DNA of 64,000 nucleotides from Paraspadella gotoi. Lineage: Eukaryota; Animalia; Chaetognatha. Shown here piece after piece: positions 26,824 to 39,250 of this stretch. The stretch is taken from the NCBI GenBank assembly GCA_051294375.1, contig CM119263.1, positions 15,974,532 through 16,038,531 on the forward strand. Reading direction: 5' to 3'. The notes below the pieces were generated by a model, which worked only from the letters and a program-made list of their open reading frames with translations, did no database searches and was not told the DNA's origin. The position numbers and the translations under genes were made by a program. The stretch's first letter is position 1, and the number at the start of each line of letters is the position of its first letter.

Positions 26824-27900
26824 GCTTGAAGCTTAGGTCGCGATGGGCAGGCGAGCACGCATGGCCATCGCGGCGGGATCAACGAGAATAAAGGTGCCGC
26901 CGTCGACCTAGCCAATGGCGGCCGTCGGTTGCATGCCTTAACGCGGATGGAGAAAGCTGTCGAGGTGAATCGGCGAGATTGGCGCGGGGCACAGCGTTCA
27001 AAGCTGCGTCTGGCCCCCGCGGCGCCGTTTCCCGATGACAGTCTCCTTCTTTTCGCGCGCTCGCTTTTTCCTGGCGCAGCCCTCGTTCGCAATCGATAGG
27101 CGGCGTCGCCCGAATCTTAAATGCCATGCGGCAGATTTGCTTCAGCCGGGCAAGTTAGGAGGTCGAACGGGGTCCGTCGACGGCGCGCTGCCGGCGCTCT
27201 GTGGCGCCAGCTGTTGGTGGGACGGCTCTGATTGCGGCGTTGACTCTGTACGGCGGTTGAGCGGCGTCCGTTTTCGTTATCCGAAAGTCGCTGATCGACG
27301 CGTCGGCGTTCTGATCGAGTGTAGCCTGCGTGGAATCTGTTCGACAGTAAGGTTGCCGCGAGAGTTTTGGCTGCCTATCGCGTTGATAAAATTGTCGGCG
27401 GCGTCAGCTAACTGCGCCGCCGTCCAATCATCAGCTTTGTCCTCGAGGGAATCTCCTGATTTTCGAGAGGGAAGGCCGCGGATGACCGTCTCCTTTTTAA
27501 CGTCGTCATAGTTACCTCCTTAATCTCTTCCTCGAGGCGTGCCAATATGTTGAGATGGGTCGTAATCCAGTCGCGGGTAAAACCGTCGAGGGATTAGGCG
27601 CGCCGCTTGTTGCGCCGAGTCGATCCCCGTATTCCTTACGGAAGATAGGCGATGGAAATGCTGTCCAGTTTTTCCTCCGAAGGTTCGCCGCTAAAAGAAA
27701 AGCATTAATGCGTGATTGACGTCCACGGGCTGATTCTTGCACTCCAAGTGTGCGAAATTTCTCCGTGAAATCCCTATATATTTGCGCGGATAAAGGCGGC
27801 TTCTGTTCTCCTTATCCAAATGTCGCATGTGTTTTTTGGGCATCGAAGCGCCGGTAGCTCTGGCTTTCCTTTTCTTCTCCAGGGTGCTTTTAGAGGCTGA
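26824..27900 (-). mobile_element. Ty3/Gypsy LTR-retrotransposon fragment: gag plus start of protease (Mag-like); frameshifted and truncated at the gap
   Basis: Manual minus-strand translation allowing indels gives KPELPA(F)..DIWIRRTEAAFIRANI..EKF(A)HLE, RINAFL, NWTAF(I)AYL(R)KEYG and AAQLADAADNFI. A CHCC knuckle IC-x-WHLRFGRR-AYRCERGC follows (~27076-27136), then SGN, then GRHWL-VDGGTFI-SLIPP (retropepsin-like). The segment is a GC-rich island. No LTR is visible. Confidence 0.82.
26984..27033 (-). promoter_or_regulatory. Putative -1 programmed ribosomal frameshift signal between gag and pol
   Basis: Minus strand reads GGGAAAC (X XXY YYZ heptamer), a 6-nt spacer GGCGCC, then the stem-loop GCGGGGGC-CAGAC-GCAGC-TTTGAAC-GCTGT-GCCCCGC. 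It lies between the zinc knuckle and the protease motif. Confidence 0.68.
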
Positions 27901-28140
27901 ACAGCTAAGGCGGAGCGAAAAAGAAGGAATACAAGAAACGTGAAATAATAATATAATTATATTATATAATAAAATAATATAGAATATTAAAAAAGAGGAA
28001 AGAAGAAGAAAGATAAAATGGGAGGGAAGTTAATGGAAGGAATTATAGATTACAAACAGTAGGGAGATGAAAAATAAGGAAAGATAAATACAATGAAGAA
28101 CTATTCAGGTAATAAGCCTAATTTTTGGATGACGAGTAAT

Positions 28141-31100
28141 AACCGGTTAATAATAATAATAAATAATAATAATAAATAATTAATAATAATAATAAATAAT
28201 AATAAGTAATAATAATAATAGATAATGAATAATATAACTTATTACCGGCATAGAATGGCAGAAACAAGCGAATGTGTGGGTCTCCAGACCTTTGATTTCT
28301 GAGGAGCTTGGTAGCAATGAGTCGATTTTTTTTTAACTGATTTGGGATTTAGTTTAGTGTTTACCGGTTATCATTCCCAAGCGCCTTGCATAGGAGACGC
28401 TCATGGCTAAAATTTGCATGAAGGCAATGTTACCGATGGAAATAGAGGAGAAAATGCCCAGTGTTATAAATCGGAAATCACGAACGACTGAATGAGAATT
28501 AAAATATATATTTTATTTGATTCTTTCCCGACTAAGAAACCAATTGGCTTCCTTCCGAGGATTAAGCCTATTCCAGTCAAAAAACAAAAAAAAAACATAA
28601 AACAAATCATTCGCCTGAATTATCAATTCGTCTTCGCCTCCCAGGAATAAATCCTCTCTCTCTCTTCTCCCCTCCTTCGATCCGCGATGCTCATTAGTCG
28701 CTCGCCCAACAACTTTTTTTTTTTAGTTGCGCGCGGAGTATTCGGCCGAGCCAACTCTATAAGTACTTATTCGTCGGTCTGTCGTCGGTCGGCATTTGTC
28801 TGTCTGTCCGTCGCGTTCCATGTCCCACTTACGCTAAAATGCATATAATTCGCCCTATTAGTTTGATACGTTTCATTTGTTAATGAACAAGAAAAAAACC
28901 ATCAAATCTATGGACTGCTTAGCGACGGCCTTCAGAAATCCTAAAACTAAAGGAATAAAAACTTCGATGCAGTGCATGTTATCAAATTACAGGAGTGAAT
29001 ATTTTCCAATACACAATTGAAACATTCTTTTGAAATATTTCCAACATTATTATAGCGGGAAGCAAGGTACTTTCTGGAGGTAAAAATAAACGGAGACTGT
29101 GAGTGAGTCTTGATTGAAAGCTGCAGGGATTAGGCATAACATTACTTTGTAATAGTGATAGAGGCCCTTAAGATTAAAGTATAGCTTATTTATCAAATGA
29201 ATGGGATATATTTTCATATTGCGTTACCAATTTCATACAAGGGCATTAAAGAAAGTTTATTTACTCCACGTATGTCATTTCTTATCATAGATCATCAAGG
29301 GAAATACACGTAAAAATAAAGTCACTGCGGCGCAACACATTGTAATCCACACGTTCTGTTTTCATGAACTTTCTTCTCCTTGTATTTTCCTCCCATTTTC
29401 TTCTTTATTCTTCTCTTCGTTTTCCTCCGTCACGAAATTATTAATGACACTTTTTTTTTCTCGACGTATTAAAATTTTTAAAAGTTTCAATTTGGAGCCA
29501 ATCTCGATTGCCGCTCTTCTGTCCGTCGGAATTTTCTCTCATTTTTAAAAAATATTATATTATTCCACGGACATCATTGTTAATTCGAAAGCGGATTTAT
29601 AATATGATCGATTTGGTGAGGAATCAAAGTATGGATTAATAGCGGGGAGAAAAAAAACCGAGAGAATGATAGACTAAAGGGAGATGGAATTAGAACGATG
29701 AGGAAAGGAAAAAAAATTAGGGAATCGGAGGAAGGATGAAAAGAAATGAAGAAGGGAAAAATCATGGGCGACCAAGAGCTAAAAAAGACAAAGCAAAAAG
29801 CCGCAGAGAGTTGAACTTGAAGCGAAAAAAAAAAACAAAAACAAAACCTAAAAAGGCAAAGAAAAGTTAGGCCAAAGTTGAAAAAACTATAAAAGAAAAA
29901 AAAAAAAAGGGAAAAGACAAAAAAAAAAGCACAAAAGTCATTAAAAGGAGTAAATAACCAGGACAGACGACCGTGAAACTCCTTTTGGTAGTGGGGCGGA
30001 GGATAAATCGGAGGGTTCCAGAACTAGACTTCGGGGCAAAGTAGGAGTGACGAAAGGAAGGGGGTGTGTGCCTTCGCGTCGCCCCAGTTTTATTTAGCGA
30101 ACACCCAGAAATACTGAAGGGCGGGAAAAAAAAAGTATCGGGATTCACGCGACATTCGGTCGAATCGGGAACAATTGGACCGCCGAAAGGGAAAAAAAAA
30201 ACGAGTCATGTGGAAGTAGAGAAAAAAAAGGAATGAGAAGGAAAAAAGAAATAGCGAGCGGCGCCAAGAAGAAATAAATTTGCGACTTTTTTTCCAAAAA
30301 AATAAGAGCAGAGCGCACTTCTATTACAGTTGAGAATTAAAGTTTTTTAATTAAACGATTATTTAGTGCAGGATGCGAACAAACGATTAAAGTAAGAAAC
30401 CGAAATTATATATTATTTCTGTAATTCTCGAGCTTCGATTCCACAATTCAAATCCCGTTAGGCTTAAAGGTTCTCGTTCACTACGTTTAAGACCCGACAG
30501 ATAGAAGATGAAGAGAGAGAGAGGAGAGACATAAAAGACGGTTCTCGCTCTCAGCAAATCAACTCTCATCTTCTTCTCTTTCTCTCTCTTCCTCTCTCTC
30601 TCTCCCTCTTACTCTCTCTCTCGTTCTCTCTCTCCTCTCTCTCTCTCTCTCACCCTGCCCTGCCTCTTCTTTCTCCTTCTTCGGCTCTCTCTACTCGCGT
30701 GCCCTATTGAAATCCGCCATAGAGAGGCAGAGAATATTTCTCTGGGTTCAAAGCACGACGATGCTAAAGAGGGCGCATCTTGATCGGACGAGCGTTCTGG
30801 CCCGTTGACGTCCGGAAAAAATGATGAGCGGGCGTTGACGTTAACAAATAAGCTTTTGGGAATGGCGAGATATATGGTCGCTGTGCAGCGGCCTGAAACG
30901 CGAGGCGGAATTCGATGCGGAATTTCATATGAATTGCACTATGTGATAAACGTTTAGATTGCAAATCGGCCCGACATGGACACAAAGAATCTCAATCTTT
31001 TTTTTTTTCTTTTATCAGCGGAAAATGTGAGAGAACTCGAAACGTATGCCCAAAAAAAAAAAACAAATTAGGCGATGCGTTTAAAAAAGAAGTAAGCGAC

Positions 31101-32368
31101 GATAAAAAGTCTAAAATGTTCGAAACGCGGATTCTTGACGCGTTGGACGGTTTGGCCATTGAACGAACGCTGACGCAGCAATCGCCAACCAATTGCACGT
31201 CAAGCAGCACAAAGAGCAAAAAAAAAAAAAAAAAGAAAATGAAAAAAGTATTAAAAACAAGGCAAAGATTGCAGACAGCTTTTTTTAAACCCTTTCGTAT
31301 TCATCAGAGCTATAAATAAGTCGGAAAACGCTGAACATACTTAACCGGTTGCGACTGACGGGCAAATCACGTTACTTCCACCACCATTCGTTCGAGTTGA
31401 ATTCCTTAGAAATACAGAATTTCTCCAATAAATCACGCCGAACCACAAACATCATCACGATCAACCAAAGATGATCCTAAATCGCAGCTTCATTCGCTCC
31501 CGTCCCGAACAACGAAAGAATAATGAAAAGAATATAATGAGCGACGATTAAAATCTCCTAAAAACATTTGGAAGAAAGTTTAAACACAGGCCAGGCGGAA
31601 CGCCCTCTCTCTTCCTCTCGCTGCTGCGCCAATTCTAGTCTCATAACAGATTTGGCTACAGTCCTTGGATTTAGACTCTTCCTTGATTTCATTTCCTCAT
31701 GTTTTGCCTTTCGCAGAATTCCTCATCTTCTCCATCCCATTTCATCACGTGCGTTTGATTTACAACATTCAAGAAATTTGTCTTATTAGCATGAATCATG
31801 CTGCCACGTTCGCCTCTCAGCAGTTCCGCCACCTCATGCGCTCAGCTCCGCTTTCGCTTTGATGAGAATGCGAATCGCGTTTGGCAACGAAGACTCACTT
31901 TAGCTTTCAACGTTAGTCTTGCGAACGTCCGACACGAAGAAGAGGGACGACGAAACGACGACTGACGACGAGGACGACCATGGAAAAATTTTAAGTGAAT
32001 ATCGACAGGGAATTTATCGAAAACAACAAACGAAAGACGAAAGAAAAAATGACGAGGCAGAATTGTCGATAAAAATAGACCGGAGAATAACACGAAGAAC
32101 AGAACAAATAGTAAAACAAACAAAGAAACAAAATACCAAAAAAAAAGATGGGCACGTAATAAAGAATGTATGGAAAAGAAACTGAGAACAAAACGAAAGT
32201 TGAGGTGAAGAAGAGGATATGACGAAGGATCGACAACGTGAAATATAAAACGCAGTGAATTTTATGGTTGACCGCAAAAAATCTCCGGTCAGGTCGAGCA
32301 TCGATTTTTGGCGCCTTTCCACTTTATGGCTGGGGTGAGGAGGAAGACAGGGTTGAAGAAGAAGAAGC

Positions 32369-32415
<47 letters not shown>

Positions 32416-32447
32416 AGAGAGAGAAGAGAGAGGAGAGACCAACGAAA
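28141..32447 (-). repeat. Copy D (inverted, partial) equivalent to ~10615-14920
   Basis: Colinear with B 20383-24680, e.g. ttattaccggcatagaatggcagaaa and gagacc/aagacc-aacgaaatg. Confidence 0.95.
28714..29370 (+). mobile_element. HINE / DINE-1-like element, copy in D
   Basis: tttttttagttgcgcgcggagtattcggccgagccaactctataag ... ctgcggcgcaac (~29325). Confidence 0.7.
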
Positions 32448-33996
32448 TGTTTAATATTTCACGTTGTCGATCTTCGTCATCATCCTCTTCTTCACCCAAA
32501 CATTCGCTTTTGTTCTCAGTTTCTTTTCCATACATTCTTTATTCGTGCCATCTTTTTTTTTTGATTGTTTGTTTGTTTGTTTGTTTCCTACTATTTTCTT
32601 TCTCTCGTGTATTCCGTCTATTTTATCGACATATATCTGCCTCGTCATTTTTCTTCGTCTTCGTTGTTTTCGATAAAATTCCCTGTCGATATTCACTTAA
32701 ATTTTTCATGGTCGTCCTCGTCGTTCGTCGTCTCTCGTCGTCCCTCTTCTTCGGTCGGACGTTGCCAAGACAACGGTGAAAGCTAAAGGTCTCGTTGCCA
32801 AACGCGATTCGCATCTCCATCAAAGCGAAAGCGGAGCGAGCGCAGAGTGGCGAACGCGAGAGGCGAACGGCAGCATGATTCATGCAAATGACAAATCTTG
32901 AATGTATGTAAATCAACGCACGTGATGAAAATGGGAATGGAGAAGAGCGAATTCTCGAAAGGCAAAACAGAGAAATGAAATGCAAGGAAGAGTCAAATCC
33001 AAGGACTAAGCAGCAAATCTGTTACTAGAACTAGATTGCGCACGCGAGAGGAAGAGAGAGGGCGTTCCGCCTGCCTGTTTAACTTTCTCCAAATGTTTTT
33101 TAGGAGATTTAAATCGTCGGCATCATTATTCTTTTCATTTTCTTTCGTTGTTCGGGACGGGAAGCGAATGAGGCGCGATTAGGAATCATCTTTGGTTCAT
33201 TCGATGATCGTTTGTCGGTCGGTGATTTATTGGAGAAATTCCTGCATTTCTAAGGAATTAAACTCGGAACGAATGGTGTGAAAGTAACGTGATTTGCCGT
33301 CGAGTCACCGGTTAAGTATGTTCAGCCGTTTTCCGACTTATTTATAGCTCCATGAATACGAAAAGCGGTTAAAAAAAGCTGTCGCAATCTTTGCCTGTTT
33401 TTATACTTTTTTTCTTTTCTTTTTTTTTTTTTTTTGCTTCTTTGCTGGCTGACGTGCAATTTGGTTTGGCGATTGCGCTCGCGTCGTTCAATGGCACAAA
33501 ACGTCAACGCGTCAAGAATCCGCGTTTCGACATTTAGACTTTTTAGTCGCTTACTTCTTTTTTAAACCATCGCTAACTTTGTTTTTTTTGCATCAACGTT
33601 CGATTCTCTACATTTTCGCTGAAAAGAAAAAAAAAAAAGATTGAGATTCTTTTGTGTCATCGTCGGGCGATTTGCAATCTAAACGTTTACCAATAAGTGG
33701 AATTCAATATGAAATCCGCATCGATCCGCCTCGCGTTTCAGGCCGCAGCCAGCGACCATATATCTCGCCATTCCCAAAAGCTTATTTGTTAACGTCAACG
33801 CCCGCCACATTTTTCGACGTCAGGGCCACAAACGCTCCTCCGTCAAGGATGCGCCCTCTTTAGCATCGTCGTCTTTGAACCCAGAGAAATAATTCTCTGC
33901 CTCCTCTATGGCGGATTTCAAGGGCACTGGAAGGAGAAGCGAGAAAAAAGAAGAGGCAGGCAGGGGTGCAGAGAGAGAGAGAGAGAGAAGAGAGAA

Positions 33997-34053
<57 letters not shown>

Positions 34054-35230
34054 AGAGAGGACGTGATTGCGAGAAGCGAGACGTTTCTGTCTCTTCTCTC
34101 TCTCTCACTCTCTCTCTATCTCTGTCGGGTTAAACTAGTGAACGAGAACCTTTAAGGCCTAACGGGCATTGAATTGGAATCGAAGCTCAGAATTAACAGG
34201 AATAATATATAATTTACGTTTCTTAGCTTTAATCGTTTGTTCCATCTAGCACTAAATAAATCGTTAATTAAAAAAAACTTTAATTCTCAACTTAATAGAA
34301 GTGCGTCTGCTCTTATTTTTTGAAAAAAAAAGTCGAATTTATTTCTCTTGCCGCCGCTCGCTATTCCTTTTTTCCTTCTCATTCCTTTTTTTTTCTCTAT
34401 TCCACATGGACTCGTTTTTTTTTCCCTTTCGCGTCCATTGTTCCCGATCTCCGACCAAATGTCGCGTGAATCCCGACTACTTTTTTTTCCCCCTTCAGTA
34501 TTTCTGGGTGTTCGCTAAATAAAACTGGGCCGACCGCGAAGGCACCACCCCCTTCCTTTCGACCCCACTTTGCCCCCGAGGTCTAGTTTGGACCCTCCGA
34601 GTTTATCCTCCGCCCCCCTACCAAAAAGGAGTTTCAACGGTCCGTCTGTCTGGTTATTACTCCTTTTAATACTTTGGCCTTTTTTTTTGTCTTTTTCCCT
34701 TTTTTTTTTTTCTTTTCTTAGTTTTCTCACCTTTCGCCTCACTTTTCTTTGCCTTTTTAGGTTTTTTGTTTTTGTTTTTTTCGCTTCAAGTTCACTTCGG
34801 CTTTTTCTTTGTCCTTTTTTAGCCTCTTGGTCGCCATGTTTTCCCTTCTTCATTTCTTTTCATCCTTCCTCCCGATCTCCCTAATTTCTTTCCTTTCCTC
34901 ATCGTTCCTAATTCCATCTCCCTTTAGTCTATCATTCTCCTCGGTTTTTTTCTCCCCCGCATTAATCCCATCTTGATTCCTCACCAAATCGACATCATAA
35001 TTAAAATCCGCTTTCGAATTAACAAATGATTCCGTGGAATAATAATATTTTTTAAAAATGAGAGAAATTCCGACGGGACAGGAAAGCGGCAACGAGATTG
35101 GCTCCAATTGAAACTTTAAAAAAATATTTAAAATCGTCGAGAAAAAAAAAGTTCATTAATAATTCGTGACGGAGGAAAAACAAGAGAAGAAATTAAAAGA
35201 AGAAAATGGGAGGAAAAACAAGGAGAAGAA

Positions 35231-35867
35231 GATTCATGAAAAACAAGAACGGTGATTACAATGTGTTGCGCCGCAGTGACTTTATTTTTACGTGTATTTC
35301 CCTTTGATCTCATGATAAGAAATGACATAACGTGAGTAAAAAACTTTCTTATCCCTTGTATGAAATTGGTACAACCAATATGAAAATTATCCATTCATTT
35401 GATAAATAAGCTATCTTTATCTTTAAGGCCTCTATCACTATTACAAGATAATGTTATAGCAAATCCCTGCAAGCTTTCAATCAAGACTCACTCACAGTCT
35501 CGTTTATTTACTCCCAGAGTACCTTGCTTCCCTATCAATAATGTGGAAAATATTTCAAAGAATGTTTCAATTGTATGAAAATATCACTCCTGTATTTATA
35601 ACATGCACTGCATCGAGTCTTTTATTCCTTATAGTTTTAGGATTTCCTGAAGGCGTCGCTAGCAGTCCCTAGATTTGATGGTTTTTTTCTGTCTTAACAA
35701 ATGAGCTATCAACTATAGGCGAATTATATGCATTTTAAGCGTAAGTGGGACAGACCGACGGACAGACATGCCGACCGACAGACAGACAAATCGACCGACC
35801 GACAGACCGACCGAAAAGTAACTTATAGAGTTGCTCGGCGAATACTCGCGGCGCAACTAAAAAAAAA
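35231..35867 (-). mobile_element. HINE / DINE-1-like element, copy in E
   Basis: gttgcgccgcagt (~35265) ... gaccgacagacagac ... ttatagagttgctcggcgaatactcgcggcgcaactaaaaaa (~35823-35866). Confidence 0.72.
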
Positions 35868-36348
35868 CAAGTTTGTTGAGGCAGAGCGACTAATGAGCAT
35901 CGCGGATCGAAGGAGGGGAAGAGAGAGAGAGAGGATTTATTCCTGGGAGGCGAAGACGAATTGATAATTAGGCGACGTTTGTTTTTATTTTTTGTTTTTT
36001 GTTTTGACTGAGAATAGGCTTAATCCTCGGAAGGAAGCCAATTGGTTTCTTACGTCGGGAAAGAATCAAAAAAATATATATTTTAAATTTCTTCAGTCGT
36101 TCGTGATTTCCATGGTTATAACACTGGCATTTTCTCCTCTATTTCCATCGGTAACCATTGCCTTCATGCAAATTTAGCCATGAGCCAGTCTCCTATGCCA
36201 AGGCGCTTGGGAATGATAACCGGTAAACACTAAACATCAAACCCAAATCAGTTAAAAAAAAATCGACTCATTCCACCAAAGCTCCCTCAGAAAAAAAGGA
36301 TCTGAGACCCACACATCGCTGTTTCTCCATTCTATGCCGGTAATAAGT

Positions 36349-36370
36349 ATTATTATTATTATTATTATTC

Positions 36371-36442
<72 letters not shown>
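36349..36442. repeat. (TTA)n microsatellite (noisy equivalents at ~14836-14910, ~20396-20485, ~28148-28235)
   Basis: Read directly. Confidence 0.95.
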
Positions 36443-36444
<2 letters not shown>

Positions 36445-36717
36445 CGTTAGATACTTTTTTTATAATTTGAATAGAGCGGCCCTGTAACACAGGGCTTCTC
36501 TCTTCCAGCGAAGATAAATGATTCGAGGAAAACCGTGATTCCGTCGCCGCGAAATTCAACGCCGGAATTTGTCAACACGGCGCGATCGCGTGAAGAAGAG
36601 GCGCTAATTAGGGGAGGGAGAGGGCGCTGTTTGTTTGCGTGCGTGCGACTGTTTTTATGTTATTTTTTTTGGGAGGAGGGGAAAATATTTTTTTTCAACT
36701 ATGATGTAAAAAAATTA

Positions 36718-36830
<113 letters not shown>

Positions 36831-37029
36831 AAAAAATTAAGAAAGAAAGAAAGTAAAAAAATAGAGAAAGAAAGATTAAAACGAAAAATGAGAGTGAACA
36901 ACTTCAGAGTCGTCGACGTATCTTTATTGCCGACGCCCTTTTGCTCATTGTCTATTCAGGCAAGGCTAAAAATACAACGGGAAAGATAGAGAGACAGATC
37001 GAGATAGACGGGGGGACGCCGGGGACGGG

Positions 37030-37535
37030 TTAAGGTATGAACGCCCTGGTGGGTTAGGGGGTGAACCCTTTTGCTCTGCAGATGGTGTCTGTACTCTGTA
37101 GAATTTTTTGCTCCCAGCCACCCTTTGCCTTTGCTTCTCCCCTTAAACCCTCCAACGAAAAGGGAAGCGGAACTCCCGGCTAAAAGCCTCGACGCCGATT
37201 GGAAGTGGGAACTGGAAATGAAGAATGGAAAGAAAATTGGTCGGGCGCCTTCATTGTGTTAAATGGAAATGGAGAATGGAAAGAAAATTGACCAGGCGTC
37301 TTCATTTTGTTAAATGGAAATGGAGAATGGAAAGAAAATTGGTCGGGTGCCTTCATTTTGTTAAATGGAAATGGAGAATGGAAAGAAAATTGGTCGGGCG
37401 CCTTCATTGTGTTAAATTGAAATTGTGTTAAAAAGAAATTGGCCGGGGCCTTCGTTGTAGGAACTGGAAATGGACAATGGAAAGTAAAATTGACGGGTTC
37501 CTTCATTGTGGGGAATTCTCATGGCCGGCGGCTTT
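37030..37535 (-). CDS. Candidate terminal exon encoding 17-aa tandem repeats (MKAPDQFSFHSPFPFN[K/T]); unknown protein
   Basis: The 51-bp unit equals 17 codons. ORF 37180..37506 reads through all units, including the diverged MKEPVNFTFHCPFPVPT. A Pro-rich tail ending TRAFIP* is recoverable by comparison with copy B. The acceptor position is uncertain. Confidence 0.5.
37210..37510. repeat. 51-bp tandem repeat: 4 conserved and 2 degenerate units
   Basis: Units start at about 37210, 37261, 37312, 37363, 37414 and 37462. Confidence 0.95.
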
Positions 37536-38368
37536 GATTCCACGGGAGTGAAAAATGAGAACCAAAGAAAATTTAAAGTTAAGATGGAAAAAACGTGAAC
37601 GTGAGGAACAAAGGGAGATTAAGAGTGGAAATAAAAAAGAATTGAAAGTGCTAAAGAAAAAATGGTCGGCTAAGGTACGATAGGAGCAAATAAAAAAAGG
37701 AAACAGCGAGCAATCCAGGGGGTAACGGAACAAAACAGGATACAAACGATCTTTTTTTTCATTCTTCTAGTTCCTCTACGTTTTCTTATTTCTTTTTATT
37801 CAACTGCGTTTTCATTTTTTTTCATATTTACTTCCCTCTTTTTCAACCGGAAATCAACGCGCGAAGCCAATGTCGATCAAAAAAAAAACCGAAAAGAAAA
37901 AAAGAGCAAAAGAGTGAATAAAAAAATGAAGAGAGGAAAAGCTTTGACACGCCGCGCAAGCGTGAAATAAAAAATCAAAACAACCTAGATTTGTTTCTTA
38001 CCTCATTTTCAACGCGAAAATATTTCAAAGCTTTTCCGTGGGGAGTTTACCTCTCTGGAGCTTGCAATCAAAATATAATAAAACTTCTTTCTCTCTCTCT
38101 ACCTCTCTCTCTCTCTTTCACTCACTAAGTGTCTCTCTCTCTCTCCCTCTCACATTAATCGCTCCATATTTATCTCTGTTGACACTTGGATGTTACTATT
38201 TCGAGACATCAACGTGAAATCCCCCATTACGCGGCTCAATTTAAGCATCGAACTGAGCCGAAATTCGACGATTTATCCGAGTTTAAACCACGCTACGTCG
38301 CTACGCTAATCTTCGACGCAGTACGCGACGCTACGCTCGGTTACGTTGCCTGTCAATGCGAATCTTAC

Positions 38369-38816
38369 CCTAAATCGACCCTGAATTCGCGTCTTCGACT
38401 CGGCAGTGCAAAACGCGAAACTCGAAAGCGAAAATCGGAGCGTGAGAAGCGACTAAAGCGGAAACTGAGAAGGAGAAGCGAAGAGCGTGACTTAAAAAAA
38501 AAAAGCGGAAATCGGTGGAAAGAAACGGATTCCTTGACGGAGAAGCGAAACTGATATTCTCCAATCTCGGTCGACCGTGACAAATCCTCTTTTTCTTTTC
38601 TTTTTTTCTTACTTTTGTTTTTGTTTTTGTTTTTTAAAAAATCCCGCGCCGACCGAAGGGCGAAGGCGAATGTGGGAGGGAATTTATAGCGGAATCGGCT
38701 GCGTTTGCTTCTTGCGTCGCAGGAATTTCGCCGTAAATCAAGAGGTTTCCCGTTCGATCCTCGTTTTTTCTCGACAAAACTACCATTTCGCATCTAAAGC
38801 GCTCATTGCCGGAATT
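38369..38816 (-). CDS. Candidate upstream exon of the same gene; basic, with repeated F-x-F motifs
   Basis: Acceptor ttttttcaacattag| at 38817 and donor |gtaaga at 38368. ORF 38365..38793 fills the interval (FPPTFAFAL, EYQFRFS, SFRFS, SDFRF). Confidence 0.45.
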
Positions 38817-39240
38817 CTAATGTTGAAAAAAATGAAAATAAATACGTCAGACGTAAATTAACGAATGTAGAAAAATTTCTGAGCAATTATTTTTAAAATT
38901 CTTGTTAGAATTGTTTATTTCATGTGGATTCGGTATTGTTTTTATCGACATCTGGTTAATCTCATTCATGCGGTAAAACTATAGAATTCTATTCCTTAAT
39001 AATCTGTAATATTATGTCTGGAGCCTACTTTTGCAAAATTTTTACCGAAAAAAAAGATGGGGCGTGAAATTCTTCTCTCCTTTCCTATAAACGATGCTCT
39101 TTTCCTTTTCTCCGAGTTTCACCGTCGAAGTCCCCAATTCCCAATTTACAATTTCGTTTCCTCGTTTCACGTTTGTTCAGTGAATCTTTTGACTCGGGTG
39201 AATAGCGGATCGAATCTCGACGCTTCGAATTCACTCGCGG

Positions 39241-39250
39241 GTCACGTGAC
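39241..39250. promoter_or_regulatory. Perfect palindromic E-box GTCACGTGAC (USF/MiT-TFE CLEAR-type)
   Basis: Exact 10-mer about 75 nt upstream of the ATG at 39326, between two divergent candidate genes. Confidence 0.55.

Noticed and set aside
27035-27511. 158-aa plus-strand ORF
   Set aside because: Antisense shadow of the minus-strand Gypsy gag.
38369-38560. Repeated FRF/LRF motifs as an FMRFamide-like neuropeptide precursor
   Set aside because: The motifs are not followed by Gly plus basic cleavage sites, and no signal peptide is evident.
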